A DNA stretch of 64,000 nt from Thalassobaculaceae bacterium (GCA_965228875.1 OZ245843.1:1284616-1348615); one strand, 5' to 3'. Positions 1-8,937 are shown, counted from the stretch's first letter. The notes: generated by a model not told the origin, from the sequence alone. Program-made: numbers and translations.

Positions 1-492
1 CTGGAGGGCGCCGACGAGGTCTCCCTCGACGATTGGGAGCTGATGGTCGACACCAACATCAAGGGGCTGCTGTACTGCACCCGTTCGATCCTGCCGCAGA
101 TGGTCGCCAACGGTTACGGCCACGTGGTCAACATCGGGTCGATCGCCGGCTACTGGCCCTATCCGGGCGGCAACGTCTACGGCGCCACCAAGGCCTTCGT
201 TCGCCAGTTCTCGCTGAACCTGCGCGCCGATCTCGTCGGCAAGAACATCCATGTCACCGACGTGGAACCCGGCCTGGCCGAGACCGAGTTCTCCGAGGTT
301 CGCTTCAAGGGCGACAAGGACAAGGCCGCGGCGGTCTATGACGATGTCGAACCGATCAAGCCGGAGGATGTGGCCGACGCGGTGTTCTGGGCGGCGACCC
401 GGCCGCGCAACATCAACGTCAACCGCATCGAGATCATGGCCGGCGCCCAGGCGTTCTCGCCGTTCAACATCGTGCGCGGCCTGAACAAGTAG
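1..492 (+). CDS. ydfG: NADP-dependent short-chain dehydrogenase, YdfG-like (5' truncated by window)
   Basis: Frame 1 open from base 1; SDR catalytic YxxxK in YPGGNVYGATKAFVRQFSLNLRADL, plus NIGSIAG and EPGLAETEFS typical of YdfG. Confidence 0.8.
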   Translation: MEGADEVSLDDWELMVDTNIKGLLYCTRSILPQMVANGYGHVVNIGSIAGYWPYPGGNVYGATKAFVRQFSLNLRADLVGKNIHVTDVEPGLAETEFSEVRFKGDKDKAAAVYDDVEPIKPEDVADAVFWAATRPRNINVNRIEIMAGAQAFSPFNIVRGLNK

Positions 493-520
493 GCCGCCGC
501 AGGGTCGCAGGATCGAAACC

Positions 521-553
521 TCGAGATGGGGCGGCTTGTCCGCCCCGTCTCGA
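521..553. terminator. 14-bp GC-rich hairpin between convergent genes, possible bidirectional terminator
   Basis: TCGAGATGGGGCGG-cttgt-CCGCCCCGTCTCGA (one G-U pair); no clear U tract. Confidence 0.5.
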
Positions 554-558
554 CCGTC

Positions 559-753
559 TCAGACTTCGTCCTGAAAGACGTCCTCAACGCCCAGTTCGAA
601 CAACCGCGCGATCCTGAATGCAAGCGGCAAAGACGGGTCGTATTTGCCGTTCTCGATCGCGTTCACGGAATTTCTCGACACACCGAGGTGTTTGGCGAGG
701 TCGGCCTGCGTCCAGCGCCGTTCTGCCCGCAGAACCCGGATCTTGTTTTTCAT
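559..753 (-). CDS. XRE/Cro-C1 family HTH transcriptional regulator (64 aa)
   Basis: MKNKIRVLRAERRWTQADLAKHLGVSRNSVNAIENGKYDPSLPLAFRIARLF is a classic HTH_3 pattern; ATG at 753. Confidence 0.9.
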   Translation of the reverse strand: MKNKIRVLRAERRWTQADLAKHLGVSRNSVNAIENGKYDPSLPLAFRIARLFELGVEDVFQDEV

Positions 754-777
754 GCTGAGTTCCGACGCAAGCTCCAT

Positions 778-1197
778 TCACCGTCGACGTGCCCACCAGA
801 TCCACGACCCGGCAGCGCAGAGAATGCATAGCACAATGACCATGAACGTAACGCCCAGCGCGAACCCGAAGGGAGCCGGGGTAAGGCCGCTTCCCGAGAC
901 TGAGTGAAGCCGAGTAAGCGCGCCCTGAAGGTCCGGCGTGGCTATCATCAAATTGACGAACACCAAACAGGCCGGCACGCCGACTACACTAGCCATCGCA
1001 AGGCCATACCTGACGCTCGCCGACTGCAGTTCGTCCGGTCCACGCAAGACCGCGATGAAGATCCATCCCGCCCATGTGATGCAGAGGACCACGAAGACCA
1101 CGTTTGCGATGAACGGGGGTTCGAAGAAGAACAGCAAGACGAGGCCGAGAAGGATGACGGCGGATGCCGTAGCCTGAGACCGCGCAGAGAGCGGCAT
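778..1197 (-). CDS. Hypothetical membrane protein (about 4 TM), co-oriented with XRE regulator
   Basis: 139 aa with hydrophobic segments; GGAGG SD just upstream of ATG. Confidence 0.75.
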   Translation of the reverse strand: MPLSARSQATASAVILLGLVLLFFFEPPFIANVVFVVLCITWAGWIFIAVLRGPDELQSASVRYGLAMASVVGVPACLVFVNLMIATPDLQGALTRLHSVSGSGLTPAPFGFALGVTFMVIVLCILCAAGSWIWWARRR

Positions 1198-1214
1198 GAA
1201 AACCTCCCTTATCT

Positions 1215-1238
1215 AAATGACAATGAAACTTGTCATTT
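1215..1238. promoter_or_regulatory. Palindromic operator upstream of the membrane protein/XRE operon
   Basis: AAATGACAA-tgaaac-TTGTCATTT, perfect 9-bp inverted repeat; TTGACA on minus strand at 1251-1256. Confidence 0.6.
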
Positions 1239-1326
1239 GAGTTGAACGAATGTCAAGCGTTCCTCCCCCTACCGCTCACCCCCGTCTTTCCTGTAAGGTG
1301 CGGCTCCCGAAACACAGGAGGCGGTC

Positions 1327-2295
1327 ATGGGATCGGCACGGGTGTTCATCGATGGCGAAGCGGGGACGACGGGTCTGCAGATCCGCGAGCGCCTGCTGGC
1401 GCGTCGTGACATCGAGCTGATCTCGCTCGGCGAGGCGGAGCGCAAGGATGCCGATGCCCGGCGCGACGCGCTGCACGCCGCCGACGTCGCGATCCTGTGT
1501 CTGCCCGATGCCGCCGCCCGCGAGGCCGCAGCACTGGCGGAAGGCTCCGGCACCAGGCTGATCGACGCCTCCACGGCGCACCGGACCGCCGAGGGCTGGG
1601 TCTTCGGGTTTCCCGAGTTCCGCAGCGGTCAGCGCGATGCGGTGATCGCCGCCGACCGGATCTCCAATCCGGGATGTTACTCCACCGGCGCGATCGCCAT
1701 CCTGGCGCCGCTGGTGGCGTCCGGTCTGGTGCCGGCCGACTTTCCGGTCACGATCAATGCGGTTTCCGGCTACACCGGCGGCGGCAAGGCGCTGATTGCG
1801 CGCTACGAGGCCGAGGGCGAGAGCGGCTACAAACCGGACGCGTTCTGGCAGTACGGGCTGAGCCTGGCGCACAAGCACGTACCGGAGATCACCCGCTGGA
1901 CCGGCCTCGCCCATCCGCCGATCTTTCAGCCCGCGGTCGCCAACTACGCCCAGGGCATGCTCGTCAGCGTGCCGCTGGCGTTGTGGGCCTTGCCGGGATC
2001 GCCGGGCGCGGCTTCCGTCCACGAAACGCTGGCCGCGCAGTATGCCGGCACGCGGTTCGTCCGCGTCGCCCCGCTCGGCGAGGCCGAAGGCCTGAAGGAA
2101 CTCGATCCGCAGGCGCTGAACGGCACCAACATGCTGGAGCTGTTCGTTTTCGCCCACGAGGAGACCGGCCGCGCGGTGATCACCGCCAGGCTGGACAACC
2201 TGGGCAAAGGCGCGTCGGGTGCGGCGGTACAGAACCTGAACCTGCTGCTGGGCATGGCGGAGGACGCCGGGATCGAAGCGGCGGCCGCCGCCTGA
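1327..2295 (+). CDS. argC: N-acetyl-gamma-glutamyl-phosphate reductase (type 2)
   Basis: VFIDGEAGTTGLQI, DASTAHR, SNPGCY, DNLGKGASGAAVQNLN motifs; AGGAGG SD. Confidence 0.95.
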   Translation: MGSARVFIDGEAGTTGLQIRERLLARRDIELISLGEAERKDADARRDALHAADVAILCLPDAAAREAAALAEGSGTRLIDASTAHRTAEGWVFGFPEFRSGQRDAVIAADRISNPGCYSTGAIAILAPLVASGLVPADFPVTINAVSGYTGGGKALIARYEAEGESGYKPDAFWQYGLSLAHKHVPEITRWTGLAHPPIFQPAVANYAQGMLVSVPLALWALPGSPGAASVHETLAAQYAGTRFVRVAPLGEAEGLKELDPQALNGTNMLELFVFAHEETGRAVITARLDNLGKGASGAAVQNLNLLLGMAEDAGIEAAAAA

Positions 2296-2374
2296 CCGCA
2301 CCTCCGGTCGTCCTCGGGGCCGCCGACAGGCCTCGGGCCTCGACCCCTCCGGAATAGCGGAAGGCTGCTGGTTC

Positions 2375-2710
2375 ATGTGGGTGAATGACGGTCAGGATCC
2401 GATCTACGCCGCGTTCTGGCGGTCGCTGGCGCTGTTTCTCGCAGGCGTACTGGTGGCGATGCTGGCGCAGATCGCCCCGGTCTTCATCGACGGCCGCTTC
2501 GGCGGCACGTCGGCGATGGGGTACCTCGCGGTCTACCTGCTCGGATTTCCGATCCTGTCGATCGGCGTCGCGGCCCTGTCGGCGGCGATGTTCTACGGCA
2601 TCGCACCGCTACGCCGCCTGACCGGACGTCTGCCCTGTCCGGTGCTCACGCTGCAACCGCTGCACCTGCTGTCAGGGGCGGTGTTCTTCCTGGTGTTCGT
2701 CCGCCCCTGA
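2375..2710 (+). CDS. Hypothetical membrane protein (about 3 TM)
   Basis: 111 aa hydrophobic ORF with host-like codon usage. Confidence 0.6.
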   Translation: MWVNDGQDPIYAAFWRSLALFLAGVLVAMLAQIAPVFIDGRFGGTSAMGYLAVYLLGFPILSIGVAALSAAMFYGIAPLRRLTGRLPCPVLTLQPLHLLSGAVFFLVFVRP

Positions 2711-2750
2711 TCCATACGCCCCTGATTCATACGTCCCTGAAACACCCTGA
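2702..2750 (+). repeat. Degenerate 15-bp tandem repeat reiterating the stop codon of 2375..2710
   Basis: CGCCCCTGATCCATA, CGCCCCTGATTCATA, CGTCCCTGAAACA, CCCTGA. Confidence 0.75.
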
Positions 2751-2820
2751 CCGGTACCCGAGGACCGAACGTGGCGGCCGGGTCCGGCGGGAGGTCCCGC
2801 CGGGTCCCCTCACAGCCCGC

Positions 2821-3228
2821 TCAGGCGGCGTTACTGCTGCCGCTGCTTTCCCGCGAGGTGGTGTAGGCGACGGCGCAGTGTTCTGCGCAGTACGGACGGC
2901 CAGGCTCGACCGTGGCGCCGCAGAAGCTGAAATTGTCGGTCTTCGGGTCGCCGATCGGCCAGGAACAGGTGTTGCGATCCCACTGTTCCAGGGTCAGCGG
3001 CACGGCGCGGCGGCGCTGGATCGGACGCTCGTCGCGCTTCGGGTTGGCGCTGCGCACGATCGGCGACTGCCGCTTCGGCAGGCCCATCCGGTGCACCTTG
3101 CCGACCACCGCGTTGCGCGATACGCCGAGCTTGAGGCCGATCTGGGTGATCGACAGCCCTTCGGCCCAGAGCGCCTTCAACTGCTCGAGCCGCTCCTCGT
3201 TCCACACGCTCTGCGAATTGTCGCCCAT
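2821..3228 (-). CDS. gcrA: GcrA family cell-cycle regulator (short form, 135 aa)
   Basis: WNEERLEQLKALWAEGLSITQIGLKLGVSRNAVVGKVHRMGL N-terminus and CSWPIGDP..FCG..YCAEH C-terminus; AAGGAGG SD before ATG 3228. Confidence 0.9.
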   Translation of the reverse strand: MGDNSQSVWNEERLEQLKALWAEGLSITQIGLKLGVSRNAVVGKVHRMGLPKRQSPIVRSANPKRDERPIQRRRAVPLTLEQWDRNTCSWPIGDPKTDNFSFCGATVEPGRPYCAEHCAVAYTTSRESSGSSNAA

Positions 3229-3368
3229 TCCTGCCTCCTTGCCGGCCGTTCCCGGGCGGACGGTCTGTCTTGCGACTCGTCGCACCCACATTTAGTGGCT
3301 AACTGGCAAGAGGCTACGGCATGTGGGGTGGCTCGACAAGCGGCTTCCCCACATTTCGCGCAGATTGT

Positions 3369-3377
3369 TGTGGATAA
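3369..3377 (-). promoter_or_regulatory. DnaA box upstream of gcrA
   Basis: TGTGGATAA is the exact TTATCCACA consensus on the minus strand. Confidence 0.7.
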
Positions 3378-3417
3378 CACAAGAAGTTGTTGATTCGCGG
3401 CGACTCGTTGACCTGCC

Positions 3418-4041
3418 TTACTTTCTCTCCCGCCACTCCTCCAGGGAGACTCGGGGGAGCTGCAGTGTGTCGGCGATTCGCGAATAGGTCGGTCCGTAGA
3501 GACGGGCGATCGGGCGCCAATGGTCTGAAATATAGAGCTTTTCCATGTCGATCAGATCGTCGCGCACGTGGAAGCTTACGACCTCTCCGAGTGCCACGGT
3601 GTGCTTGCGGCCGACCTGGACGAGCGCCTTCTGCACGCATTCGAACCGCACCGGACTTTCGGCGATGCCCGGCGGAGCGATCCGGCTGCTCGGCGCCGGC
3701 GTCAGGCCGATCTCGGCGAACTCGTCGATCTCCTCCGGAAAGTCGATGGCGGCCAGGTTCATCTTCTCGGCCAGGGCCTCGTCCACCATGTTGACCACGA
3801 ACTCGCCGGTGCGGCGGATGTTGCGGCCGGTATCCTTCTCGCTGCCGTCGTCCCACTGCTCCAGCCCGAGGGCCACGACCGGCGGAGCGTAGCCGACGGC
3901 ATTGAAGAAGCTGAAGGGGGCGCAGTTCAGCGTGCCCTCGGCGCTCTTGGTCGACACGAAGGCGATCGGGCGCGGGATGACGAGGGAGCCCAGCAGCTTG
4001 TAGGCATCGCGCTCGGCGAGGTCGGCGGTGGGAATGTCCAT
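3418..4041 (-). CDS. Flavin reductase family (flavoredoxin-like) protein
   Basis: VIPRPIAFVST, NCAPFSFFNAV, KDTGRNIRRTGEFVVN. Confidence 0.88.
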   Translation of the reverse strand: MDIPTADLAERDAYKLLGSLVIPRPIAFVSTKSAEGTLNCAPFSFFNAVGYAPPVVALGLEQWDDGSEKDTGRNIRRTGEFVVNMVDEALAEKMNLAAIDFPEEIDEFAEIGLTPAPSSRIAPPGIAESPVRFECVQKALVQVGRKHTVALGEVVSFHVRDDLIDMEKLYISDHWRPIARLYGPTYSRIADTLQLPRVSLEEWRERK

Positions 4042-4133
4042 TGGGCGGGGTCCTTGTCTTGTATCCGGCCCTCCCCTGCTACACGCCCCACGCCGGTGGG
4101 CATAGACCGGAAACGCGCCTAACCCGCCTCCCT

Positions 4134-4165
4134 GGACTATCTGTGCGCCGGACTATCTGTGCGCC
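4134..4165. repeat. Perfect 16-bp tandem duplication spanning the ATP-grasp gene stop codon
   Basis: GGACTATCTGTGCGCC x2. Confidence 0.85.
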
Positions 4166-5109
4166 GCCACCCTGGGCGATGCCAGCCGGCCGTTGCGCTC
4201 GCGGATCAGGTAGTCGACCAGCGCCTGGGGGGCGGAGACGCCGGCCGCCGCCTCGGCGTCCGGATTGTAGTTGGTGTTGGTGTTGACGTCGTACACGAAC
4301 GGGCGCCCTTCGGTGTCGCGGGCGAACTCCACGCCGGCGATGTCGATGCCGGCATCGGCCAGGAACCGCTCGATCGCCGCCTGAAGCGCCGGCTCCACGG
4401 CATTCTCGACCACGGTGAACACCGGCCCGCCCGTCTCCGCCGCGTCCTCGGGCGCGCAGACGTCCGAGGGGCAGAGTTCGAACGTGCCGCCGGTGTCGAT
4501 GCGCACGGCGTAGAACAGTTTGCCGCCGATGAACTCGGCGCGGGTGACGCTGCCGTCGGGGGTGGCGACGTAGTCCTGCAGCAGGGTGATGCCGTCGATC
4601 GAGCCCTGCAGGGTGCCGGCCGCGGCCCGCTCGACCACCTCGCGCGCGTCCTCGAAGAGCTGGATGCCGAGGCCCTTGCCGCCCCGGTTCGGCTTCACGA
4701 TCACCGGGCCGTCACCCCAGAGCCCGGCGGCCTCGGCCACCTTGGCGTCGCCCAGGGCGGCGACGGTGCGCGGCACCGGCACGCCGGCGCGCTTGAGCCG
4801 GGCGAGCTGGGCCGCTTTGTTGACCTCAAGCGAGATCGCACCCGAGCCGTTGACCACCGGGCGGTCATGGGCCTCCAGCCAGGCGATGACGGCGGCGGCG
4901 AACTCGGGCGAGTAGCGGTGGCCGCGGGTGTGGGCCGAGGCGCTCATGCGGTTGTAGAACAGGCCCGCCGGCGGCTCGGCGGCCAGGTCGATGGCGCCGT
5001 CCGACAGGTCCATGTCGACGAACGCCTCGCCGCGCGCCTCAAAGGCCCGGGCGAACGGCGGCAGCCATTCCGGGTTCTCGTGGATCACATGAATCGGCTG
5101 ATCGGTCAT
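4153..5109 (-). CDS. RimK-like ATP-grasp ligase
   Basis: IHENPEW, NRMSASAHTRGH, KPNRGGKGLGI, YDVNTNTNYN; start taken at MTDQP (5109). Confidence 0.85.
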   Translation of the reverse strand: MTDQPIHVIHENPEWLPPFARAFEARGEAFVDMDLSDGAIDLAAEPPAGLFYNRMSASAHTRGHRYSPEFAAAVIAWLEAHDRPVVNGSGAISLEVNKAAQLARLKRAGVPVPRTVAALGDAKVAEAAGLWGDGPVIVKPNRGGKGLGIQLFEDAREVVERAAAGTLQGSIDGITLLQDYVATPDGSVTRAEFIGGKLFYAVRIDTGGTFELCPSDVCAPEDAAETGGPVFTVVENAVEPALQAAIERFLADAGIDIAGVEFARDTEGRPFVYDVNTNTNYNPDAEAAAGVSAPQALVDYLIRERNGRLASPRVAAHR

Positions 5110-5436
5110 CGCGCGTCTCCCGCTGCGTCGCGCCCTCGACGGGCGTCGCACTCAGATGGGGCAGTGTCACGATGTCGCAACGGCGCAAAACCGGTCCGTC
5201 GGGAAGCGGTTCAATGCCTCCGCGGCGTCAATAAAATGACTCCCCGTCCGAAGTCGGCCCGACTCCGGCGGCAAACACGCGCGACAGCACCGCGTCGCCC
5301 CGGTGAGCGGGACATCGGTGGCGATTGTCTCGTGAAGGCAGACCCGCGGCACACGGGAATAGCAACCGGCGCGCCGCGCGGCTTCCGGTCGCCCTCCTGG
5401 TCGGACTCTCTGTACCGTGTACCCCGAAGCGGCCGC

Positions 5437-6252
5437 CTACTCCGGCAGCGGACAGCCCATGAAGGCGCCGATCAGCTTGATCTGCTCGTCCAGCATCGGC
5501 TTGCCGAAATAGATCGGGTGGCCGTTGGCCTCCGCCTGTTTCAGCAGCTCGGTGTGGACCGGGGTCATGATGATCTCGCTGACCGCCGCGCCGGGGCTCA
5601 GCTTGGCCACGTCCACCGGCAGCGCGTCGCCGTCATGCAGGCCGAGCGAGGTGGTGTTGATGACCAGGTCGTAGCCCGCCGGGTCCGCATCGGCCGCCAC
5701 GCCGCTCACCTTGGTGTCGGGGAAAGCCGCCTGCAGCCGCTGGCCCAGAGCCTCGGCCTTGGACACCGTGCGGTTGGCGATGGCGATCTCCGCCGCCCCG
5801 GCCTCGGCCACGGAGAAGGCGATCGACATCCCCGCCCCGCCGGCGCCGAGCTGCAGGACTTTTTTGCCGGTGAAGTCGTACCCGGCCTTCTCCATCCCGG
5901 TGACGTAGCCCTTGCCGTCGAAATTGTCGCCCAGCATGCGGCCGTCCTCGGTGAAGCGGATGGCGTTGACCGAGCCGACACGCGCGCCGCCGGGGGCGAG
6001 TTCGTCGCACAGCTCGGCCATCGCCACCTTGTGCGGCACCGTGACGGTGAGGCCGTGGAGGTTGCGGGTCGCCTTCAGTCCGGCGACGACCGTCGCCAGG
6101 TCCTCCGGCTTCACGTCGAGCGGCACCAGCACCGCGTCGATCCCCGCCGCCTCATAGGCCGCGTTGAACACCTGCGGCGCGCGCACATGATCGGTGGGAT
6201 GGGCAAGAATGCCGTAGACGGCGGTCTTGCCGGTGATGTTCAGGGTCGGCAT
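5437..6252 (-). CDS. Shikimate dehydrogenase family protein (AroE/YdiB-like paralog)
   Basis: VTVPHK, GSVNAI, GDNFDGKG, LGAGGAG, IANRT, INTTSLG. Confidence 0.85.
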   Translation of the reverse strand: MPTLNITGKTAVYGILAHPTDHVRAPQVFNAAYEAAGIDAVLVPLDVKPEDLATVVAGLKATRNLHGLTVTVPHKVAMAELCDELAPGGARVGSVNAIRFTEDGRMLGDNFDGKGYVTGMEKAGYDFTGKKVLQLGAGGAGMSIAFSVAEAGAAEIAIANRTVSKAEALGQRLQAAFPDTKVSGVAADADPAGYDLVINTTSLGLHDGDALPVDVAKLSPGAAVSEIIMTPVHTELLKQAEANGHPIYFGKPMLDEQIKLIGAFMGCPLPE

Positions 6253-6268
6253 GTCTCGATCCGCCGTC

Positions 6269-7204
6269 TCAGAACTTCACCATGTCGCCGCCCTTGAGGG
6301 CCAGCATCTCGCGGGCCTCCTTCGGCGTGGCGACCTCGAGGCTCAGATCCTCGATGATGCGGCGGATCTTGGCGACCTGCTCGGCGTTGGACTTGGCGAG
6401 CTGGCCCTTGCCGAGGAACAGGCTGTCCTCCAAGCCGACGCGGACGTTGCCGCCGTTGATCGCCGCCATGGTGGTGAAGTTCATCTGGTGGCGCCCGGCC
6501 GCCAGGACCGACCAGTTGTACTGGTCGCCGAACAGCTTGTCGGCGGTGCGCTTCATGAACAGCAGGTTCTCCGGATCGGCGCCGATACCGCCGAGGATGC
6601 CGAAGATCGTCTGCACGAAGAGCGGCGGCTTCACCAGGCCGCGGTCGAGGAAGTGGGCCAGGTTGTAGAGGTGGCCGACATCGTAGCACTCGTACTCGAA
6701 CTTGACGCCGTGGCCCTCGCCCAGCTCCTTAAGGACGTACTCGATATCCTTGAAGGTGTTCCGGAAAATGAAGTCGCGGCTGTTCTCCAGGAACTTCGGC
6801 TCCCACTCGTGCTGGAAGTCCTTCATCTTGTCCAGGATCGGGAACAGGCCGAAATTCATCGAGCCCATGTTCAGCGAGGTCATCTCCGGGCTGGCCGCCA
6901 CGGCCGCCGCCAGACGCTCCTCGAGGGTCATGCCGTGACCGCCGCCGGTGGTGATGTTCACCACCGCGTCGGAGTTCTGCTTGATGCGCGGCAGGAACTC
7001 CATGAACGCCTTGGGATCGGGCGTCGGGCTGCCGTCGGGATTGCGGGCGTGCAGGTGCAGAATGGAGGCGCCGGCCTCGGCGGCGTCGATCGCCTGCTGG
7101 GCCACCTCGTCGGCGGTGATCGGCAGGTGCGGGCTCATCGTCGGGGTATGGATGGAGCCGGTCACCGCACAGGTGATGATGACCTTGTCCTGCTTCGCCG
7201 CCAT
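6269..7204 (-). CDS. Beta-keto acid cleavage enzyme family (BKACE/DUF849)
   Basis: ITCAVTG, LPIT, ILHLHAR, SLNMGSMNF, VRVGLED motifs. Confidence 0.92.
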   Translation of the reverse strand: MAAKQDKVIITCAVTGSIHTPTMSPHLPITADEVAQQAIDAAEAGASILHLHARNPDGSPTPDPKAFMEFLPRIKQNSDAVVNITTGGGHGMTLEERLAAAVAASPEMTSLNMGSMNFGLFPILDKMKDFQHEWEPKFLENSRDFIFRNTFKDIEYVLKELGEGHGVKFEYECYDVGHLYNLAHFLDRGLVKPPLFVQTIFGILGGIGADPENLLFMKRTADKLFGDQYNWSVLAAGRHQMNFTTMAAINGGNVRVGLEDSLFLGKGQLAKSNAEQVAKIRRIIEDLSLEVATPKEAREMLALKGGDMVKF

Positions 7205-7293
7205 TGTTTCCTCCGTGGATTCTCGGCTTTCGTGTTTCGGGCGCTACGGTAGCCCCTCGGCGCGAGGCTTCAAAGACCCCGATCACATCGCCG

Positions 7294-7319
7294 CGACGGA
7301 AATCTCGGGACACCCCGTT
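7294..7319 (+). promoter_or_regulatory. Putative ECF sigma-dependent promoter
   Basis: CGACGG-N16-CGTT; same motif with same spacing recurs at 7890-7915. Confidence 0.45.
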
Positions 7320-7375
7320 GAGGGGAATACAGGTGGCCACCTGGACCTATCCACCCCCCAACGGAGACATCCGAG

Positions 7376-7837
7376 ATGACCACCCGTTTCAAAGCCCTCG
7401 CCCTCGCCACCGCCCTCGGCACCGCGGTGATCGTCCCCTCCCTCGCCCTCGCCCATAGCGGCTCCGACGGTCCCCGTCATGGCGGCGGCCCGCGCATGGA
7501 GGAACGCTTCGTCGAGATGGACGCCGACAAGGACGGCAAGGTGACCGCGGCGGAGCTCGCCGCCTACCACGCCGCGCGTTTCGCCAGGGCCGACACCAAC
7601 AACGACGGCAAGCTCAGTCTGGAGGAGATGGACGCCGCCCGGGCGGACAAGCGCCACAAGCGGATCCAGCGTATGATCGCCTGGCACGACACCGATGGCG
7701 ACGGCTTGCTGAGCGCCGAGGAGATGCCGACCCGCGGCCCCGGCAAGCTGATGCGCCTGGACCGTGACGGCGACGGCGCGGTGTCGCTGGAGGAACTGCG
7801 GGCCGGCGGCCCCGGCAAGCATCGCGGCAAGCACTGA
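7376..7837 (+). CDS. Exported EF-hand domain protein
   Basis: Signal peptide (..PSLALA) then four DxDxDG loops: DADKDGK, DTNNDGK, DTDGDGL, DRDGDGA. Confidence 0.9.
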   Translation: MTTRFKALALATALGTAVIVPSLALAHSGSDGPRHGGGPRMEERFVEMDADKDGKVTAAELAAYHAARFARADTNNDGKLSLEEMDAARADKRHKRIQRMIAWHDTDGDGLLSAEEMPTRGPGKLMRLDRDGDGAVSLEELRAGGPGKHRGKH

Positions 7838-7882
7838 TCCGAGGCAATCGGTCTTCGGCCACGGGTCCGTGGCCATTGCTCT

Positions 7883-8479
7883 GTGACGACGACGGGAGAC
7901 GGCGGCTTGTCCGTTCAGCAACAGGAGGATCCGGATGCGGCGCTCATGCCGCGGATCGCCGACGGCGACTCGGCCGCCTTCCGTCTCCTCGTCGACCGCC
8001 ACGCCGACCGTCTCCTCGGCTTCTCCCAGCGCCTGCTCGGCGACCGGGCGACCGCCGAGGACGTGGTCCAGGACACCTACCTCGCCCTCTGGCGCAAGGC
8101 GGGCGAGTGGACGCCGCAGGCCCGCGTGTCCACCTGGCTCTACCGCGTGGCGCGCAATGCCGCCCTCGACCGCCTGCGCCGGGCGAAACCGACGGTCGAT
8201 CCGGAGGACGTCACCTTGATCGACACCGGCCCCGCCCCCGATCGCCGGCTCGACGACGCCGCCACCGCCGATACCGTGCGGGCGGCCCTCGACGCCCTGC
8301 CCGAGCGCCAGCGCGCGGCGATCGTCCTGGTGCACTACGAAGGCCTCTCCGGCGCGGAGGCCTCGGGCGCCCTCGACATATCGGTCGAGGCGCTGGAATC
8401 CCTGCTCTCGCGCGGCCGGCGGGCGCTGCGCCAGGCGCTGGCATCCCGGCGCACCGAACTTCTGGGAGAAGCACGATGA
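7883..8479 (+). CDS. ECF RNA polymerase sigma-70 factor
   Basis: AEDVVQDT, TWLYRVARN..LD.LR, LDALPERQR, EALESLLSRGR; start uncertain (GTG 7883 or TTG 7907). Confidence 0.92.
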   Translation: MTTTGDGGLSVQQQEDPDAALMPRIADGDSAAFRLLVDRHADRLLGFSQRLLGDRATAEDVVQDTYLALWRKAGEWTPQARVSTWLYRVARNAALDRLRRAKPTVDPEDVTLIDTGPAPDRRLDDAATADTVRAALDALPERQRAAIVLVHYEGLSGAEASGALDISVEALESLLSRGRRALRQALASRRTELLGEAR

Positions 8480-8937
8480 CGAACATCACACGCGAACGGG
8501 TCATGGCCCTGATCGACGCCTATGGCGGCGAGCCCGAACGCTGGCCGGACAGGGAGCGCGAGGCGGCGGTGGCGATGCTGTCCGGCGATCCCGACCTCGC
8601 CCGGGCCGCCGAGGATGCGCGCGCCCTGGACCTCGCCATGGACGCGCTGCCGGCGCCCGTTCCGAGCCCGGCCCTGCGGGTGGCGCTCAAGGAGATCCCC
8701 GACCGCCACGGCGGCCTGCTCGAGGTCGTCGCCTCCTGGTTCGGCGTCTGGCGCCCGGCGGCCGGGCTGGCCGTCGCCGCCGCGCTCGGCATCGTCATCG
8801 GCGCCGCCAATCCCGACCTCCCGCTGCCCGGTTTCGAGACCGCGTCGGTCGTCGAGGAGGCCGCCGAGGCCGAGATCGATTCCTACTCCCTGGCGGCGGC
8901 GTCGGCCGCCGGCTTCGCCATCCAGGACACGTTCTGA
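8476..8937 (+). CDS. Putative single-pass anti-sigma factor
   Basis: ATGA overlap with sigma stop; LIDAYGGEPERWP N-terminus and one TM helix. Confidence 0.75.
   Translation: MTNITRERVMALIDAYGGEPERWPDREREAAVAMLSGDPDLARAAEDARALDLAMDALPAPVPSPALRVALKEIPDRHGGLLEVVASWFGVWRPAAGLAVAAALGIVIGAANPDLPLPGFETASVVEEAAEAEIDSYSLAAASAAGFAIQDTF

Noticed and set aside
5110..5436. Riboswitch or sRNA in the 327-nt intergenic region
   Set aside because: No recognisable riboswitch motif or terminator; only a weak GTCA-N6-TGAC palindrome at 5227-5240
7876..8937. 353-aa ORF overlapping the ECF sigma gene
   Set aside because: N-terminal part is an alternate frame of the sigma gene; the anti-sigma begins at the ATGA overlap at 8476
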